A stretch of 64,000 bases of DNA from Bacteroidales bacterium (GTDB lineage: Bacteria; Bacteroidota; Bacteroidia; Bacteroidales; UBA7960). The stretch covers positions 34,077-98,076 of the forward strand of contig JAWLCS010000004.1 in NCBI GenBank assembly GCA_041687035.1, written 5' to 3'. Each line of letters starts with the position of its first letter. Positions within the stretch are counted from its first letter, which is position 1. Below the pieces are notes generated by a model. The model was not told the origin of the DNA. It made no database searches and saw only the letters and a program-made list of their open reading frames with translations. Positions 1-7,930 of the stretch are shown piece after piece. A program made the translations under genes and the position numbers.

Positions 1-1412
1 TGCTCATTTGCTTTTTGCGCCAGTTCGCTGTTATTTTCGAGCACCTTAACCAGGCGGCCGTCGGCCTGGTGTATGCTGAACACCGGTGGTGTGTTGGCCG
101 AAGAAAACTGGTTAATAAAGAACCTGAACCCATTGCTGAAAGAGGGGCTGTGCATGCCAGTGCCGTTGGTCAACTTTGTTTTACGGCGACCATCAATCCT
201 TACGCTGTAAAGGTTATTGGTACGCGGCGATTCCTCATGTGAGGTAAAATAAACGAGACCCTGTTCTTCGTCAACGCCTAAAAAACGCTGCACATCCCAC
301 TCGCCCGAGGTAAGGGTGCGCACCTCACGGCCCTGCATATTGTAAAGATACAAATGCTTATAGCCGCTCTTCTCGCTGCTAATGATAAAATGTTTCCCAT
401 CTTCGAGAAATGTCAGATCGTCGTTCACATCAATATAATACAGGTTGTTTTCGTAATACAGCACCTCAGTGGCACCGTTACCGGCATCGGCAAGCAGAAT
501 TTCCAGCTGGTTCTGGTGGCGGTTCATGCGCATAACGGTAAGCAGGCCGGGGTCACGGGTCCACTTAATGCGGGGAATGTACTGATTGGTTTCAATTCCC
601 GTATCAACGGCTACCGTTTTGTTGGTGGCCACATCATAAATATGTATACTTACCAGGCTGTTCTCTTCGCCAGCCTTGGGATATTTGAACCGGTAATCTT
701 CGGGGTAAAGGCTGCCATAAATCACCATGTTGAACTCCTTCACGTGGCTTTCGTCGAAGCGGTAGTATGCCAGTTTGCTGCCATCGGCCGACCAGTAAAT
801 GCCCTGGGTAAACCCAAATTCTTCTTCGTACACCCAGTCGGTGGTGCCGTTAATAATGTGGTTGAACAGTCCGTCGGTGGTAACGGCTGTTTCGGTATTG
901 GCAACCAGATCTTTTATAAAAACGTTATTGTCGCGCACAAAGGCCACCTTGGTTCCGTCGGGCGAAAAGGTTGGAAGGCTCTGCCTGGTGCCTTCCGAAA
1001 GGGGGGTTAGTGTTTGGCTCACGGTATTCCACACGTAATATTCGGCCAGATATGATCGCCGGTAAATGGCTTCACGGCCAATGCCAATGAGCAAGGTCTT
1101 TTCGTTGGGGCTGAAGTAATAGGCTTCAATGCGCGCAGGCCGGCCTCTTTCGTCAGAAAGTTTTCCTTCGGTTGAAAAAACTGTGCGAACAAACTCCCCG
1201 CTTTCATAAGCATATATATTAATATCGGATTGCTTCTCAACAATTGAATAATGCAGGCCGTTGTTCATCGATTTGCCCAAACGTATGGTTTTTGGAGCAA
1301 AATAGCGGTCTTTCCAAATCTGCTCAAGGGTAATGGAGGGCTGGCCGGCAAAAAGAACGGCGGGAGTCAGCAACAGGCATATCAGCCATATGCGGCCAAG
1401 GGTTTTACTCAT
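1..1412 (-). CDS. Dipeptidyl-peptidase IV (S9B family), signal peptide plus N-terminal beta-propeller part; the 3' end lies beyond the left window edge
   Basis: An open minus-strand frame runs from ATG at 1412 off the window edge, so it is absent from the ORF track. My translation reads MSKTLGRIWLICLLLTPAVLFAGQ... SPDGTKVAFVRDNNVFIKDL... NGTTDWVYEEEFGF... YWSADGSKLAYYRFDESHVKEF... KYPKAGEENS. These are hallmark motifs of the DPP-IV N-terminal domain. Confidence 0.8.
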   Translation of the reverse strand, partial: MSKTLGRIWLICLLLTPAVLFAGQPSITLEQIWKDRYFAPKTIRLGKSMNNGLHYSIVEKQSDINIYAYESGEFVRTVFSTEGKLSDERGRPARIEAYYFSPNEKTLLIGIGREAIYRRSYLAEYYVWNTVSQTLTPLSEGTRQSLPTFSPDGTKVAFVRDNNVFIKDLVANTETAVTTDGLFNHIINGTTDWVYEEEFGFTQGIYWSADGSKLAYYRFDESHVKEFNMVIYGSLYPEDYRFKYPKAGEENSLVSIHIYDVATNKTVAVDTGIETNQYIPRIKWTRDPGLLTVMRMNRHQNQLEILLADAGNGATEVLYYENNLYYIDVNDDLTFLEDGKHFIISSEKSGYKHLYLYNMQGREVRTLTSGEWDVQRFLGVDEEQGLVYFTSHEESPRTNNLYSVRIDGRRKTKLTNGTGMHSPSFSNGFRFFINQFSSANTPPVFSIHQADGRLVKVLENNSELAQKANE

Positions 1413-1499
1413 TGTGTATCTCATATTTGATTTTCTTAAAGGGATTGTTCTGAACTTTGGTGGGCACAAAAATATCAGTTTAGTGCGGATTACAAAACA

Positions 1500-1516
1500 T
1501 TCCCCGAAAGGGAAAA
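1500..1516 (+). repeat. Short hairpin motif, copy 1 (TTCCCC-GAAA-GGGAAAA), GNRA-type loop
   Basis: Read directly from the sequence: cattccccgaaagggaaaagaaaaaaaa. It has the same arms as the copies at 3310 and 51641. Confidence 0.5.
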
Positions 1517-1592
1517 GAAAAAAAACCAGAAACAGGCAGCGGAAGGGCTTCCAAAAATTTGGATAAACAGGAGCTGTTCGAAAAAAATCTGT

Positions 1593-1841
1593 TTACTTTA
1601 GCAGGGAAGAAATATCGAAATCGTTGCGGTAAATATGGAGTACCTCATCAATATTGAGCACCTCCACCTTATCGATCTTATTGGAAGAGGGGATGTACCA
1701 GATCTCGGCAAAATAGTCGGACAGGCTGAAGAGTTTAATGTTGTAAAACAAGAATTGCCTGCTTGAGATTTCTTTTCCCTGCTCCAACACAATATAAACC
1801 TTATCCTTAAAGGAAGCTTGTTCGAATGATGATCTGTCCAT
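1593..1841 (-). CDS. Hypothetical small protein (82 aa)
   Basis: I used the internal ATG (1841) of track ORF 1593..2150, giving MDRSSFEQASFKDKVYIVLEQGKEISSRQF.... The longer version runs antisense through pssA. No motif was recognised, so coding status is uncertain. Confidence 0.35.
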   Translation of the reverse strand: MDRSSFEQASFKDKVYIVLEQGKEISSRQFLFYNIKLFSLSDYFAEIWYIPSSNKIDKVEVLNIDEVLHIYRNDFDISSLLK

Positions 1842-1850
1842 AATCCGGGT

Positions 1851-2612
1851 TTGAATACAAAAAATATTCAAAAAATTCTGTTTAAAATGAAACATCTGCC
1901 AAATGCCGTAACCTTGCTCAACCTGTTTCTTGGCTCGGTAGCCGTAGTGCTTGCCATTGAAGGCTTGCCGCATTACTCGGCCCTGCTCATTGCTTTTTGT
2001 TCGGTACTCGATTTTGCCGACGGTATGCTTGCCCGCCTGCTCGATGCCCGATCGGAGCTGGGTCAGCAGCTCGACAGCCTTGCCGATTTGGTGAGTTTTG
2101 GCATGGCACCCTCGGCCATAATGTATTACTATCTGCAAGCTGCGTCCCAATCAATTAACCATCCGACCCTTCAAAATGTTTTGCCCTTCGCTGCCTTTTT
2201 GTTGGCTACCTTTGCTGGCCTGCGCCTGGCCATCTTCAACATCGACACCCGCCAGACCAGCTCTTTCATAGGACTTCCTACTCCAGCCAATGCGGCATTT
2301 TTTGCTTCTTTACCTTTTGTGCTGGCTTTCGCCGGAAGGCAGGGTTTTATTTTTCATTGGGTCGACTTGATTACCGCCAGTGTGCCCGCCATGCTGTTTA
2401 TTATTGTGCTGTTCTCGTGGCTCATGGTATCGCCCATTCCCACCTTTTCGCTAAAAATTAAAAACTTCAAATGGGCCGAAAACCGCACACGCTACCTATT
2501 TGTTGGCCTGATCGTTTTATCGTTGCTATTATTCGGCTTGCAGGCCGTTGCGCTGATAGTAATTTTTTACCTAATTTTGTCGCTGTTAAACACGGCTTTC
2601 GCCGAACAATGA
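1851..2612 (+). CDS. pssA: CDP-diacylglycerol--serine O-phosphatidyltransferase (CDP-alcohol phosphatidyltransferase family)
   Basis: The CDP-alcohol phosphatidyltransferase signature DFADGMLARLLDARSELGQQLDSLADLV is present, along with multiple TM helices. An alternative start is ATG 1887 (MKHLPNAVTLLN). Confidence 0.85.
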   Translation: MNTKNIQKILFKMKHLPNAVTLLNLFLGSVAVVLAIEGLPHYSALLIAFCSVLDFADGMLARLLDARSELGQQLDSLADLVSFGMAPSAIMYYYLQAASQSINHPTLQNVLPFAAFLLATFAGLRLAIFNIDTRQTSSFIGLPTPANAAFFASLPFVLAFAGRQGFIFHWVDLITASVPAMLFIIVLFSWLMVSPIPTFSLKIKNFKWAENRTRYLFVGLIVLSLLLFGLQAVALIVIFYLILSLLNTAFAEQ

Positions 2613-2639
2613 AACCTGAACCAGCCAAAAGAAAACAAC

Positions 2640-2894
2640 ATGATATTTCGCGCTGAGATTAATGTAATGCCCCTTAAAGCCCTGCTCGACCCCCAGGGAA
2701 AAGCCATAACCAAAAGCATGAAAAACCTGGGTCTGCCTGAAATCACCAATGTGAGGATGGGCAAGCACATTACACTGGAAGTGGAAGCCGAAAGCCGCCA
2801 GGCAGCACAACAGAAGGTAGAAACTGCCTGCCAGAAGCTGCTGGCAAACCCCATTATGGAATATTTCGAATTTGAGCTTTTCGAAAACCAGTAA
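2640..2894 (+). CDS. purS: Phosphoribosylformylglycinamidine synthase subunit PurS
   Basis: 84 aa: MIFRAEINVMPLKALLDPQGKAITKSMKNLGL...LANPIMEYFEFELFE. Both length and sequence are typical of PurS. Confidence 0.85.
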   Translation: MIFRAEINVMPLKALLDPQGKAITKSMKNLGLPEITNVRMGKHITLEVEAESRQAAQQKVETACQKLLANPIMEYFEFELFENQ

Positions 2895-2926
2895 GAGCCG
2901 GGCGGGGTTGATAAACACCTGAACCC

Positions 2927-3289
2927 ATGGCCGAATTTCACGAAACAGGAAAAAAAGGCGAAGCCCTTGCTGCCAACCACCTGCGGCAAAATGGCTACAC
3001 CATTCTCGAAACCAACTGGCAATCGAGCCATAAGGAAATTGACATTATTGCCCAGAAAGGCGATCTGCTGGTAGTGGTGGAGGTAAAGGCCCGAAAGACT
3101 GCTTTCTTTGGCGAGCCCGAAGAGTTTGTAACCCGAAGCAAACAAAAAATGCTTATCGCCGCTGCCAATCATTACCTTTCCAAAAACAACCTCGACCTGG
3201 AGGTGCGCTTCGACATTATCAGCGTGCTGTTTAAAGGCGAGAAGTACCGAGTAACCCATATCGAAGACGCCTTCTACCCCACCCTATAG
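2927..3289 (+). CDS. yraN: YraN family endonuclease-like protein (UPF0102)
   Basis: 120 aa with GEALAANHLRQNGYTILETNW...EIDIIAQKGDLLVVVEVKAR...IISV. This matches the YraN core pattern. Confidence 0.85.
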   Translation: MAEFHETGKKGEALAANHLRQNGYTILETNWQSSHKEIDIIAQKGDLLVVVEVKARKTAFFGEPEEFVTRSKQKMLIAAANHYLSKNNLDLEVRFDIISVLFKGEKYRVTHIEDAFYPTL

Positions 3290-3309
3290 ACCCTTGTGGC
3301 ATGGTTTTC

Positions 3310-3329
3310 TTTTCCCCGCAAGGGAAAAA
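3310..3329 (+). repeat. Short hairpin motif, copy 2 (TTTTCCCC-GCAA-GGGAAAAA), 21 nt after the yraN stop
   Basis: Read directly from the sequence: ttttcttttccccgcaagggaaaaattccgg. It may act as a 3'-end hairpin or weak terminator. Confidence 0.5.
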
Positions 3330-3390
3330 TTCCGGTTTGTTAAAAATCGTTATATTATTGGTTTCTTATTTGAATTAAGACTAAATAAAC

Positions 3391-3421
3391 TTGTTAAACA
3401 AAGGCAAAGCCATTAAATTTG
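3391..3421 (+). promoter_or_regulatory. Putative Bacteroidota sigma-A-type promoter for the peroxiredoxin gene (cTTG-N20-TAAATTTG)
   Basis: TAAATTTG at 3414..3421 matches the Bacteroides -7 consensus TAnnTTTG. A TTG sits at 3391..3393, 20 nt upstream. The whole element lies about 70 nt upstream of ATG 3490 in an AT-rich spacer. Confidence 0.35.
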
Positions 3422-3489
3422 ACAAGAAAAATATCTTTCCAGTCTTATATTCTGGATTTTTAATATTAACCCTTTAAAATTTATTAATT

Positions 3490-4179
3490 ATGGAACAAAA
3501 CACACCAATGCAGGAAGCACCAAGAATGCCATTGATCGGCGATTTGGCTCCTTCGTTCAAGGCCAAAACCACCATGGGCGACATTAATTTCCCTGAAGAT
3601 TACATGGGCAAATGGGTAATTCTTTTCAGCCACCCGGCCGACTTCACCCCGGTTTGCACTACCGAGTTTATGACTTTTGCCACCATGCAGGAAGATTTCC
3701 GCAAACTGAACACCGAGTTGATAGGCCTCTCGATCGACAGCATTTATGCACATATTGCATGGCTGCGTACCATAAAGGAGAAGATTGAATACAAAGGCAT
3801 GAAGAACGTGGAAGTGCTTTTCCCTGTAATAGAGGACCTGAAAATGGATGTGGCCAAGGCTTTTGGTATGCTTCAGCCCAATGCCAGCACAACCCAGGCC
3901 GTTCGCGCCGTTTTTATTATGGACCCCGAAGCAAAAGTTCGTGCCATTCTTTATTACCCCCTGAGCATGGGCCGCAACATGGACGAAATTATGCGAATGA
4001 TCATTGCCATGCAGAAGGCTGATAAAGAACATATTGCTACCCCCGCCAACTGGCAGCCCGGCGATGATGTAATCATCCCCCCTCCCGGTTCATGCGGATC
4101 GGCAAAAGAACGCGTCGAGAGCCAGGACGAAAACACCTACTGCCTCGACTGGTTTATGTGTTTCAAAAAAGAAAAGTAA
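3490..4179 (+). CDS. Peroxiredoxin, Prx6-subfamily (archaeal-type, with C-terminal Cys pair)
   Basis: The peroxidatic motif FSHPADFTPVCTTEF is present, and the C-terminus carries YCLDWFMC. The protein is 229 aa. Confidence 0.9.
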   Translation: MEQNTPMQEAPRMPLIGDLAPSFKAKTTMGDINFPEDYMGKWVILFSHPADFTPVCTTEFMTFATMQEDFRKLNTELIGLSIDSIYAHIAWLRTIKEKIEYKGMKNVEVLFPVIEDLKMDVAKAFGMLQPNASTTQAVRAVFIMDPEAKVRAILYYPLSMGRNMDEIMRMIIAMQKADKEHIATPANWQPGDDVIIPPPGSCGSAKERVESQDENTYCLDWFMCFKKEK

Positions 4180-4194
4180 TTCCATTGCGAATGC

Positions 4195-4228
4195 AAAAAA
4201 GCCGGCCATTTTTCAGCCGGTTTTTTTT
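4195..4228 (+). terminator. Rho-independent terminator after the peroxiredoxin gene
   Basis: Stem CCGGC/GCCGG with flanking A-U pairs, a 9-nt loop, then T8 (aaaaaagccggccatttttcagccggtttttttt). Confidence 0.6.
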
Positions 4229-4349
4229 ATGGTGCAAATAAAAAAATACAAAATGTTAATTCGTCACCAATCACACGGTATTCTTGAATAAATTTATATA
4301 TTTGTAAGCACAATTTATCCATATACTATTAAACCAAAATCTGAACTTT

Positions 4350-4769
4350 ATGAAAAAAATGCTAACCATTCTTGTGATTTTTCTGGCAGGAATACTGGCA
4401 ACCAATGCTGAAGCAAGCATGTACCGGATTGATCAGGGTGCTGTAGACCAGATGTTTGCACAGGCCGAACAGGTAGACTTTCTTAGCATGAACTCCCTTT
4501 CGCCTTTGAATGTTAACGCCAACCTGGGATCTGCTCATTTTTACAACGAAAAGAACCCCGCTGTTGCATTTGTGCTTGCTTGGTTTCTCGGTCCGCTTGG
4601 TATTCACAGGGCTTACCTGGGCACCTCAACCGGTGTGATTATCGGGTACATTCTGACGCTTGGCGGTTGCGGTATTATTGCCTTTGTTGACTGGATTGTA
4701 TTGCTGATCGGCCTGATTGAGGACGACATTAGCAAATACATTAACAATCCGAAATTCTTTATGTGGTAG
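4350..4769 (+). CDS. TM2 domain-containing membrane protein with signal peptide
   Basis: FVLAWFLGPLGIHRAYLGTSTGVIIGYILTLGGCGIIAFVDWIVLLIG is a typical TM2 two-helix motif. The N-terminal signal is MKKMLTILVIFLAGILATNA. Confidence 0.8.
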   Translation: MKKMLTILVIFLAGILATNAEASMYRIDQGAVDQMFAQAEQVDFLSMNSLSPLNVNANLGSAHFYNEKNPAVAFVLAWFLGPLGIHRAYLGTSTGVIIGYILTLGGCGIIAFVDWIVLLIGLIEDDISKYINNPKFFMW

Positions 4770-4786
4770 TAAAAACCACTGTCATT

Positions 4787-4835
4787 AACCGGCTTTCCCG
4801 CTGCCAGCGCAGCAAAAGGGAAAGCCGGTTTTTTT
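4787..4835. terminator. Bidirectional nested hairpin terminator between the convergent TM2 gene and the operon on the minus strand
   Basis: aaccggctttccc-gctgccagcgcagcaaaa-gggaaagccggttttttt. The outer stem is 13 bp and an inner stem GCTGC/GCAGC sits within the loop. A T-run follows on the plus strand, and the hairpin is adjacent to the stop codon of gene 4834..5793 on the minus strand. Confidence 0.7.
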
Positions 4836-5793
4836 ATTGACGGAATAAGGAAATAAAGTAAGCCCGTTGCGCACTGGAAATACCCCGGGAATTTCGTGCA
4901 AGGTTTCTAATTTCAGTTTTTAATAATCTTGCCTCTTCTGTGGCTTGCATTAACTCAAGGGCCTGCAAATAATGCCACTGATAAATCAGGTTTTCAGGAT
5001 AAGTTTCGGCAAGTTGCCTGGCCAACTGTAGGGCAAGGACATGATTTTGCTCCAGCTCCAGGTAAATTTTCATTAAAAGATAGGTTGCTTCGGTTTCCCA
5101 AACCATTTGTCCGCTGGTGGAAGCCGCCTTTAGTTGCTCCAAACCAAGGACCATATTCCCTTTGGGGTATAACAAGGTATACAAAGCCAGAAAAGGGAGT
5201 TTCTTTTTTGCATACTCCGACATATAGTTATACATTCCTGAACTCAGGAAAAAAGGAGGGTATAAGGACTCTTTGCCCAATGAAGCTTCTATTTCGTTAA
5301 TACAGTTGCGAAGGCTGATTATGGTCCGCAGGTATTCCTTTCTTTTCAGGAAAAGCCTGGCCTGCATGGCATAAATATTAATAAAATAAAAGGTATGCTC
5401 GTAGGACTTGTTAGGCCCCATATATTCCTGGATGGATGAAAGTGATTGGGCAAGGGTTTGATAATACTGATTTTCAAGTTCAGGACTTTCGGGATGGGTA
5501 ATTATCAGCCACCACAGATACTGCGAACGCGTAAAATGTGAAAGGTAATGGCCGGGAAATTTACGAAGCATCTCTGTCGAGAGCGAATCAGCGCGGGAAA
5601 AGTTAAACGAATACAAAGCCTGCATGGTTTGCTTCATTTCTTGTTCTGCAACTCCTACAGGTATAGGTTCGCTCCCATTCAAAGAAATGGGTATATTGAT
5701 AAGAAAAGAAAGAAATAAAGCGCAATAAACAATTAATCTGGAGACCTGGTTTTTCTTGCTACTGTTCATTTTGATCGGGCTTATGAATTTCAA
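4834..5793 (-). CDS. Hypothetical secreted or anchored all-helical (TPR-like) protein, last gene of the envelope operon
   Basis: 319-aa track ORF with a hydrophobic N-terminus (LIVYCALFLSFLINIPISL). The remainder is a helical-repeat-like sequence. An alternative start is ATG 5769 (MNSSKKNQ). No catalytic motif was recognised. Confidence 0.6.
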   Translation of the reverse strand: MKFISPIKMNSSKKNQVSRLIVYCALFLSFLINIPISLNGSEPIPVGVAEQEMKQTMQALYSFNFSRADSLSTEMLRKFPGHYLSHFTRSQYLWWLIITHPESPELENQYYQTLAQSLSSIQEYMGPNKSYEHTFYFINIYAMQARLFLKRKEYLRTIISLRNCINEIEASLGKESLYPPFFLSSGMYNYMSEYAKKKLPFLALYTLLYPKGNMVLGLEQLKAASTSGQMVWETEATYLLMKIYLELEQNHVLALQLARQLAETYPENLIYQWHYLQALELMQATEEARLLKTEIRNLARNSRGISSAQRAYFISLFRQ

Positions 5794-6658
5794 TCAAAAT
5801 GGCCGAGAGGCGATCCTGGTAGCTGGTCATTTGATCGGCACTGTTCTGTTCAGCCAACTCCCCGGCCTGCCTGATGCCTCCAAAATAAAAAGACTGAAAA
5901 AGCCCCAACCCAACAATCACACTGCTGATATACAGCTGATTATAAGCCAATAACGCGGCTCCACCCAGCGAAACCAGCTGTGAGAAGCCATTCAGTGCAC
6001 CTTTGCCCGGGCTGCCTGCATACCACTGGCCTGCGCCCGGAATAAAGGTTGACCACATCCGTGCCCTGGAGGGGTTCAGGGGCTGCGGACGGTTACCCCC
6101 CTCCAGCAAAAAAAGAAGATCTTGCAGCATCTGGGTTTTTCTGGAATCTTCTTCAATACCATTAAAAAAATTATCAGAATAATCCATTACGGCCTCCCAG
6201 TTTTCCATCTTAACCAGCACCAGGCTTTTCAAAAGAGGGAAAGATTCAATATTAACCCCCTGAGGATAGTGAAATTCGAGCTGGCTAATAATAGAATGGG
6301 ACAAAGGATAAGACCCCGACAAGTAAGCAGAAAAGGCCATTTCGTAAAGAATCTCCTTGCGCAAGGCTTCATCACCGGCATAAGGCAGCGAGCGTTGCAG
6401 GTCCGTCACCACCCTGTCATGTTCTCCCATCTGCTTGAGCGCCGAAGCCTTTCGAAGGTTGGCCACCGTTTTTTGTTGCTGGCTGCGAGAAAAGAAATAG
6501 GCGCGTTCGTAGGCAATGGCCGCCTCAAAATAATTTCCAAGGGCAAACAAACTGTCGCCCTTGAGCAATGCAGCATCCTGCGCAAAAACATTCCCCTTAC
6601 TGGAAAATGTTGCGCAAAGGAATATGCATATCGAAAAGAATGCGCTGGTCCATTTCAT
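5759..6658 (-). CDS. Hypothetical membrane protein: signal peptide, helical-repeat N-domain and TM2-like C-terminal hairpin (paralog of 6597..7454)
   Basis: I placed the start at the internal ATG 6658 (MKWTSAFFSICIFLCATFSSKGNVFAQ signal). The C-terminus reads STFIPGAGQWYAGSPGKGALNGFSQLVSLGGAALLAY, matching the PGxGxxYAG...G pattern of the neighbouring gene. Confidence 0.6.
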   Translation of the reverse strand: MKWTSAFFSICIFLCATFSSKGNVFAQDAALLKGDSLFALGNYFEAAIAYERAYFFSRSQQQKTVANLRKASALKQMGEHDRVVTDLQRSLPYAGDEALRKEILYEMAFSAYLSGSYPLSHSIISQLEFHYPQGVNIESFPLLKSLVLVKMENWEAVMDYSDNFFNGIEEDSRKTQMLQDLLFLLEGGNRPQPLNPSRARMWSTFIPGAGQWYAGSPGKGALNGFSQLVSLGGAALLAYNQLYISSVIVGLGLFQSFYFGGIRQAGELAEQNSADQMTSYQDRLSAILIEIHKPDQNEQ

Positions 6659-7454
6659 GGTTAAACTCGTTACGCTTTCTGCTAACTGCCACCGCGCTGC
6701 CCCATATATTCCCGACATAGAAAATTCCGGTGACAGTAGCTGAAAAAATAAAAAACCCGTTGGCCGGCCCTGACCGGCGATAAAAATCGTAAGATGTTAG
6801 TGCCATGGCACCCACATAAAGAAACCCGGCAATGCCTTCGGCCGTTTTTCCTGCATACACTTTGCCAAGGCCTGGCACAGCAGCCGACAGCAGGCCTGCC
6901 ACCGCTGCTGAGCGCACGGGCTGTTGCTGCAATCCTGCAGCATATTCTGCCAGATTCCTTTCCTGCAAGGCAAAGGCATTATAGTCACCCAAAAAAAGTC
7001 CGGATCGATTGTCGAAGTCATCGAAATCTCTCCGCAATAAGGCTATTCCAGCCCTTTCAAAATTTTGCAAAGCAAAAAGCACCCCGGATTGTTCAATATG
7101 GAGTTGCTCCAGCACCGAGTCGGCGAGGCTGATCTGGCCAGCATGTGCAAGATTGTATGAAGCAAAAAACCGTGACTTTTCAAACAGGGGACTATCAGTG
7201 GAAACCTTTAACAGAAATGCAGCTGAAGGCAAAAGATCTTTTTGTTGATAGCGAATCCATCCGTGATAATAATTGACTGAATCCAAAAGAGAAGCTTCCC
7301 GTACTTCCAGATTCTCCAATATAAAAAGGCCCTCCTTAAATTCGTTGCGACCAATCAAATGGCGAACAAAATGCAACTCACGCTGAACAGACTCCTGCGC
7401 GGCTGAATTAAGGAAGGAAAGCACTAGAAGCGCGGAAAGAAGAAATCTGATCAT
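6597..7454 (-). CDS. Hypothetical membrane protein: signal peptide, helical-repeat N-domain and TM2-like C-terminal hairpin
   Basis: Signal peptide MIRFLLSALLVLSFLNSAAQ. The C-terminus reads LSAAVPGLGKVYAGKTAEGIAGFLYVGAMALTSY followed by a second hydrophobic helix. Its ATG overlaps the upstream stop in an ATGA arrangement. Confidence 0.6.
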   Translation of the reverse strand: MIRFLLSALLVLSFLNSAAQESVQRELHFVRHLIGRNEFKEGLFILENLEVREASLLDSVNYYHGWIRYQQKDLLPSAAFLLKVSTDSPLFEKSRFFASYNLAHAGQISLADSVLEQLHIEQSGVLFALQNFERAGIALLRRDFDDFDNRSGLFLGDYNAFALQERNLAEYAAGLQQQPVRSAAVAGLLSAAVPGLGKVYAGKTAEGIAGFLYVGAMALTSYDFYRRSGPANGFFIFSATVTGIFYVGNIWGSAVAVSRKRNEFNHEMDQRILFDMHIPLRNIFQ

Positions 7455-7930
7455 TTGTGAAGATTGTAAATATCGACAGATTCCCTAATTTTTCCAGACT
7501 CTTCGCCAATGACAATGGGGTTGACATCGAGGGCAGAAACGCGGTTACAGCGAGTCAGCCGGTCGGCGGTAAAAAACACACCCCTTATCAAACCGTACTC
7601 TTTTACCAGGTTTTTGCTGAAATGCGAACAAGAGCTTTCGTAGAGGCACTCCGAAGGCAACTGGGGAGAGATATACCGCTGATAAACAAACATCAAACCC
7701 GCGAAGGAAAGCGACACCGGGTTGTTTCTTGCCAGCCACGATCCCGACCGGGTTTGGAGCAGGCTAATCCGGCCATGCGAGTGTTGATCGCAGCCCGGGC
7801 AAATATGCTCTGAAAGCAATTCAATATCAGAGCGAACGGCCTGAGCATAGCCCGGCGTACCCTGGGCAACGACCAGCAGAAGCAGTAAAAAGATGAAGCC
7901 GGAAATTCTATTCAATAATTTTTGCGTCAT
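7451..7930 (-). CDS. Extended YidD-like (haemolytic-domain, PF01809-type) protein with signal peptide
   Basis: The core FVYQRYISPQLPSECLYESSCSHFSKNLVKEYGLIRGVFFTADRLTRCNRV fits the YidD pattern YQ-x-ISP...C...(S/T)CS...G...RL-x-RC. At 159 aa it is about twice the size of a canonical YidD, with an N-terminal signal plus a CPGCDQHSH segment and a C-terminal tail. Confidence 0.65.
   Translation of the reverse strand: MTQKLLNRISGFIFLLLLLVVAQGTPGYAQAVRSDIELLSEHICPGCDQHSHGRISLLQTRSGSWLARNNPVSLSFAGLMFVYQRYISPQLPSECLYESSCSHFSKNLVKEYGLIRGVFFTADRLTRCNRVSALDVNPIVIGEESGKIRESVDIYNLHK

Noticed and set aside
354-1010. 218-aa plus-strand ORF (with 799..1038 and 15..242) at the left edge
   Set aside because: It lies antisense to the DPP-IV gene, whose translation shows unmistakable family motifs. 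The ORF is in the codon-aligned antisense frame (354 and the DPP-IV codon boundaries are congruent mod 3). In that frame, stops arise only from the sense-strand codons TTA, CTA and TCA, which appear to be rarely used here (not counted). Its sequence is V/G/N-rich and shows no motifs.
1593-2150. Long (185 aa) version of the minus-strand ORF overlapping pssA
   Set aside because: The upstream 100 codons run antisense through the well-supported pssA gene. Only the distal 82-codon part (from ATG 1841) is kept, at low confidence.
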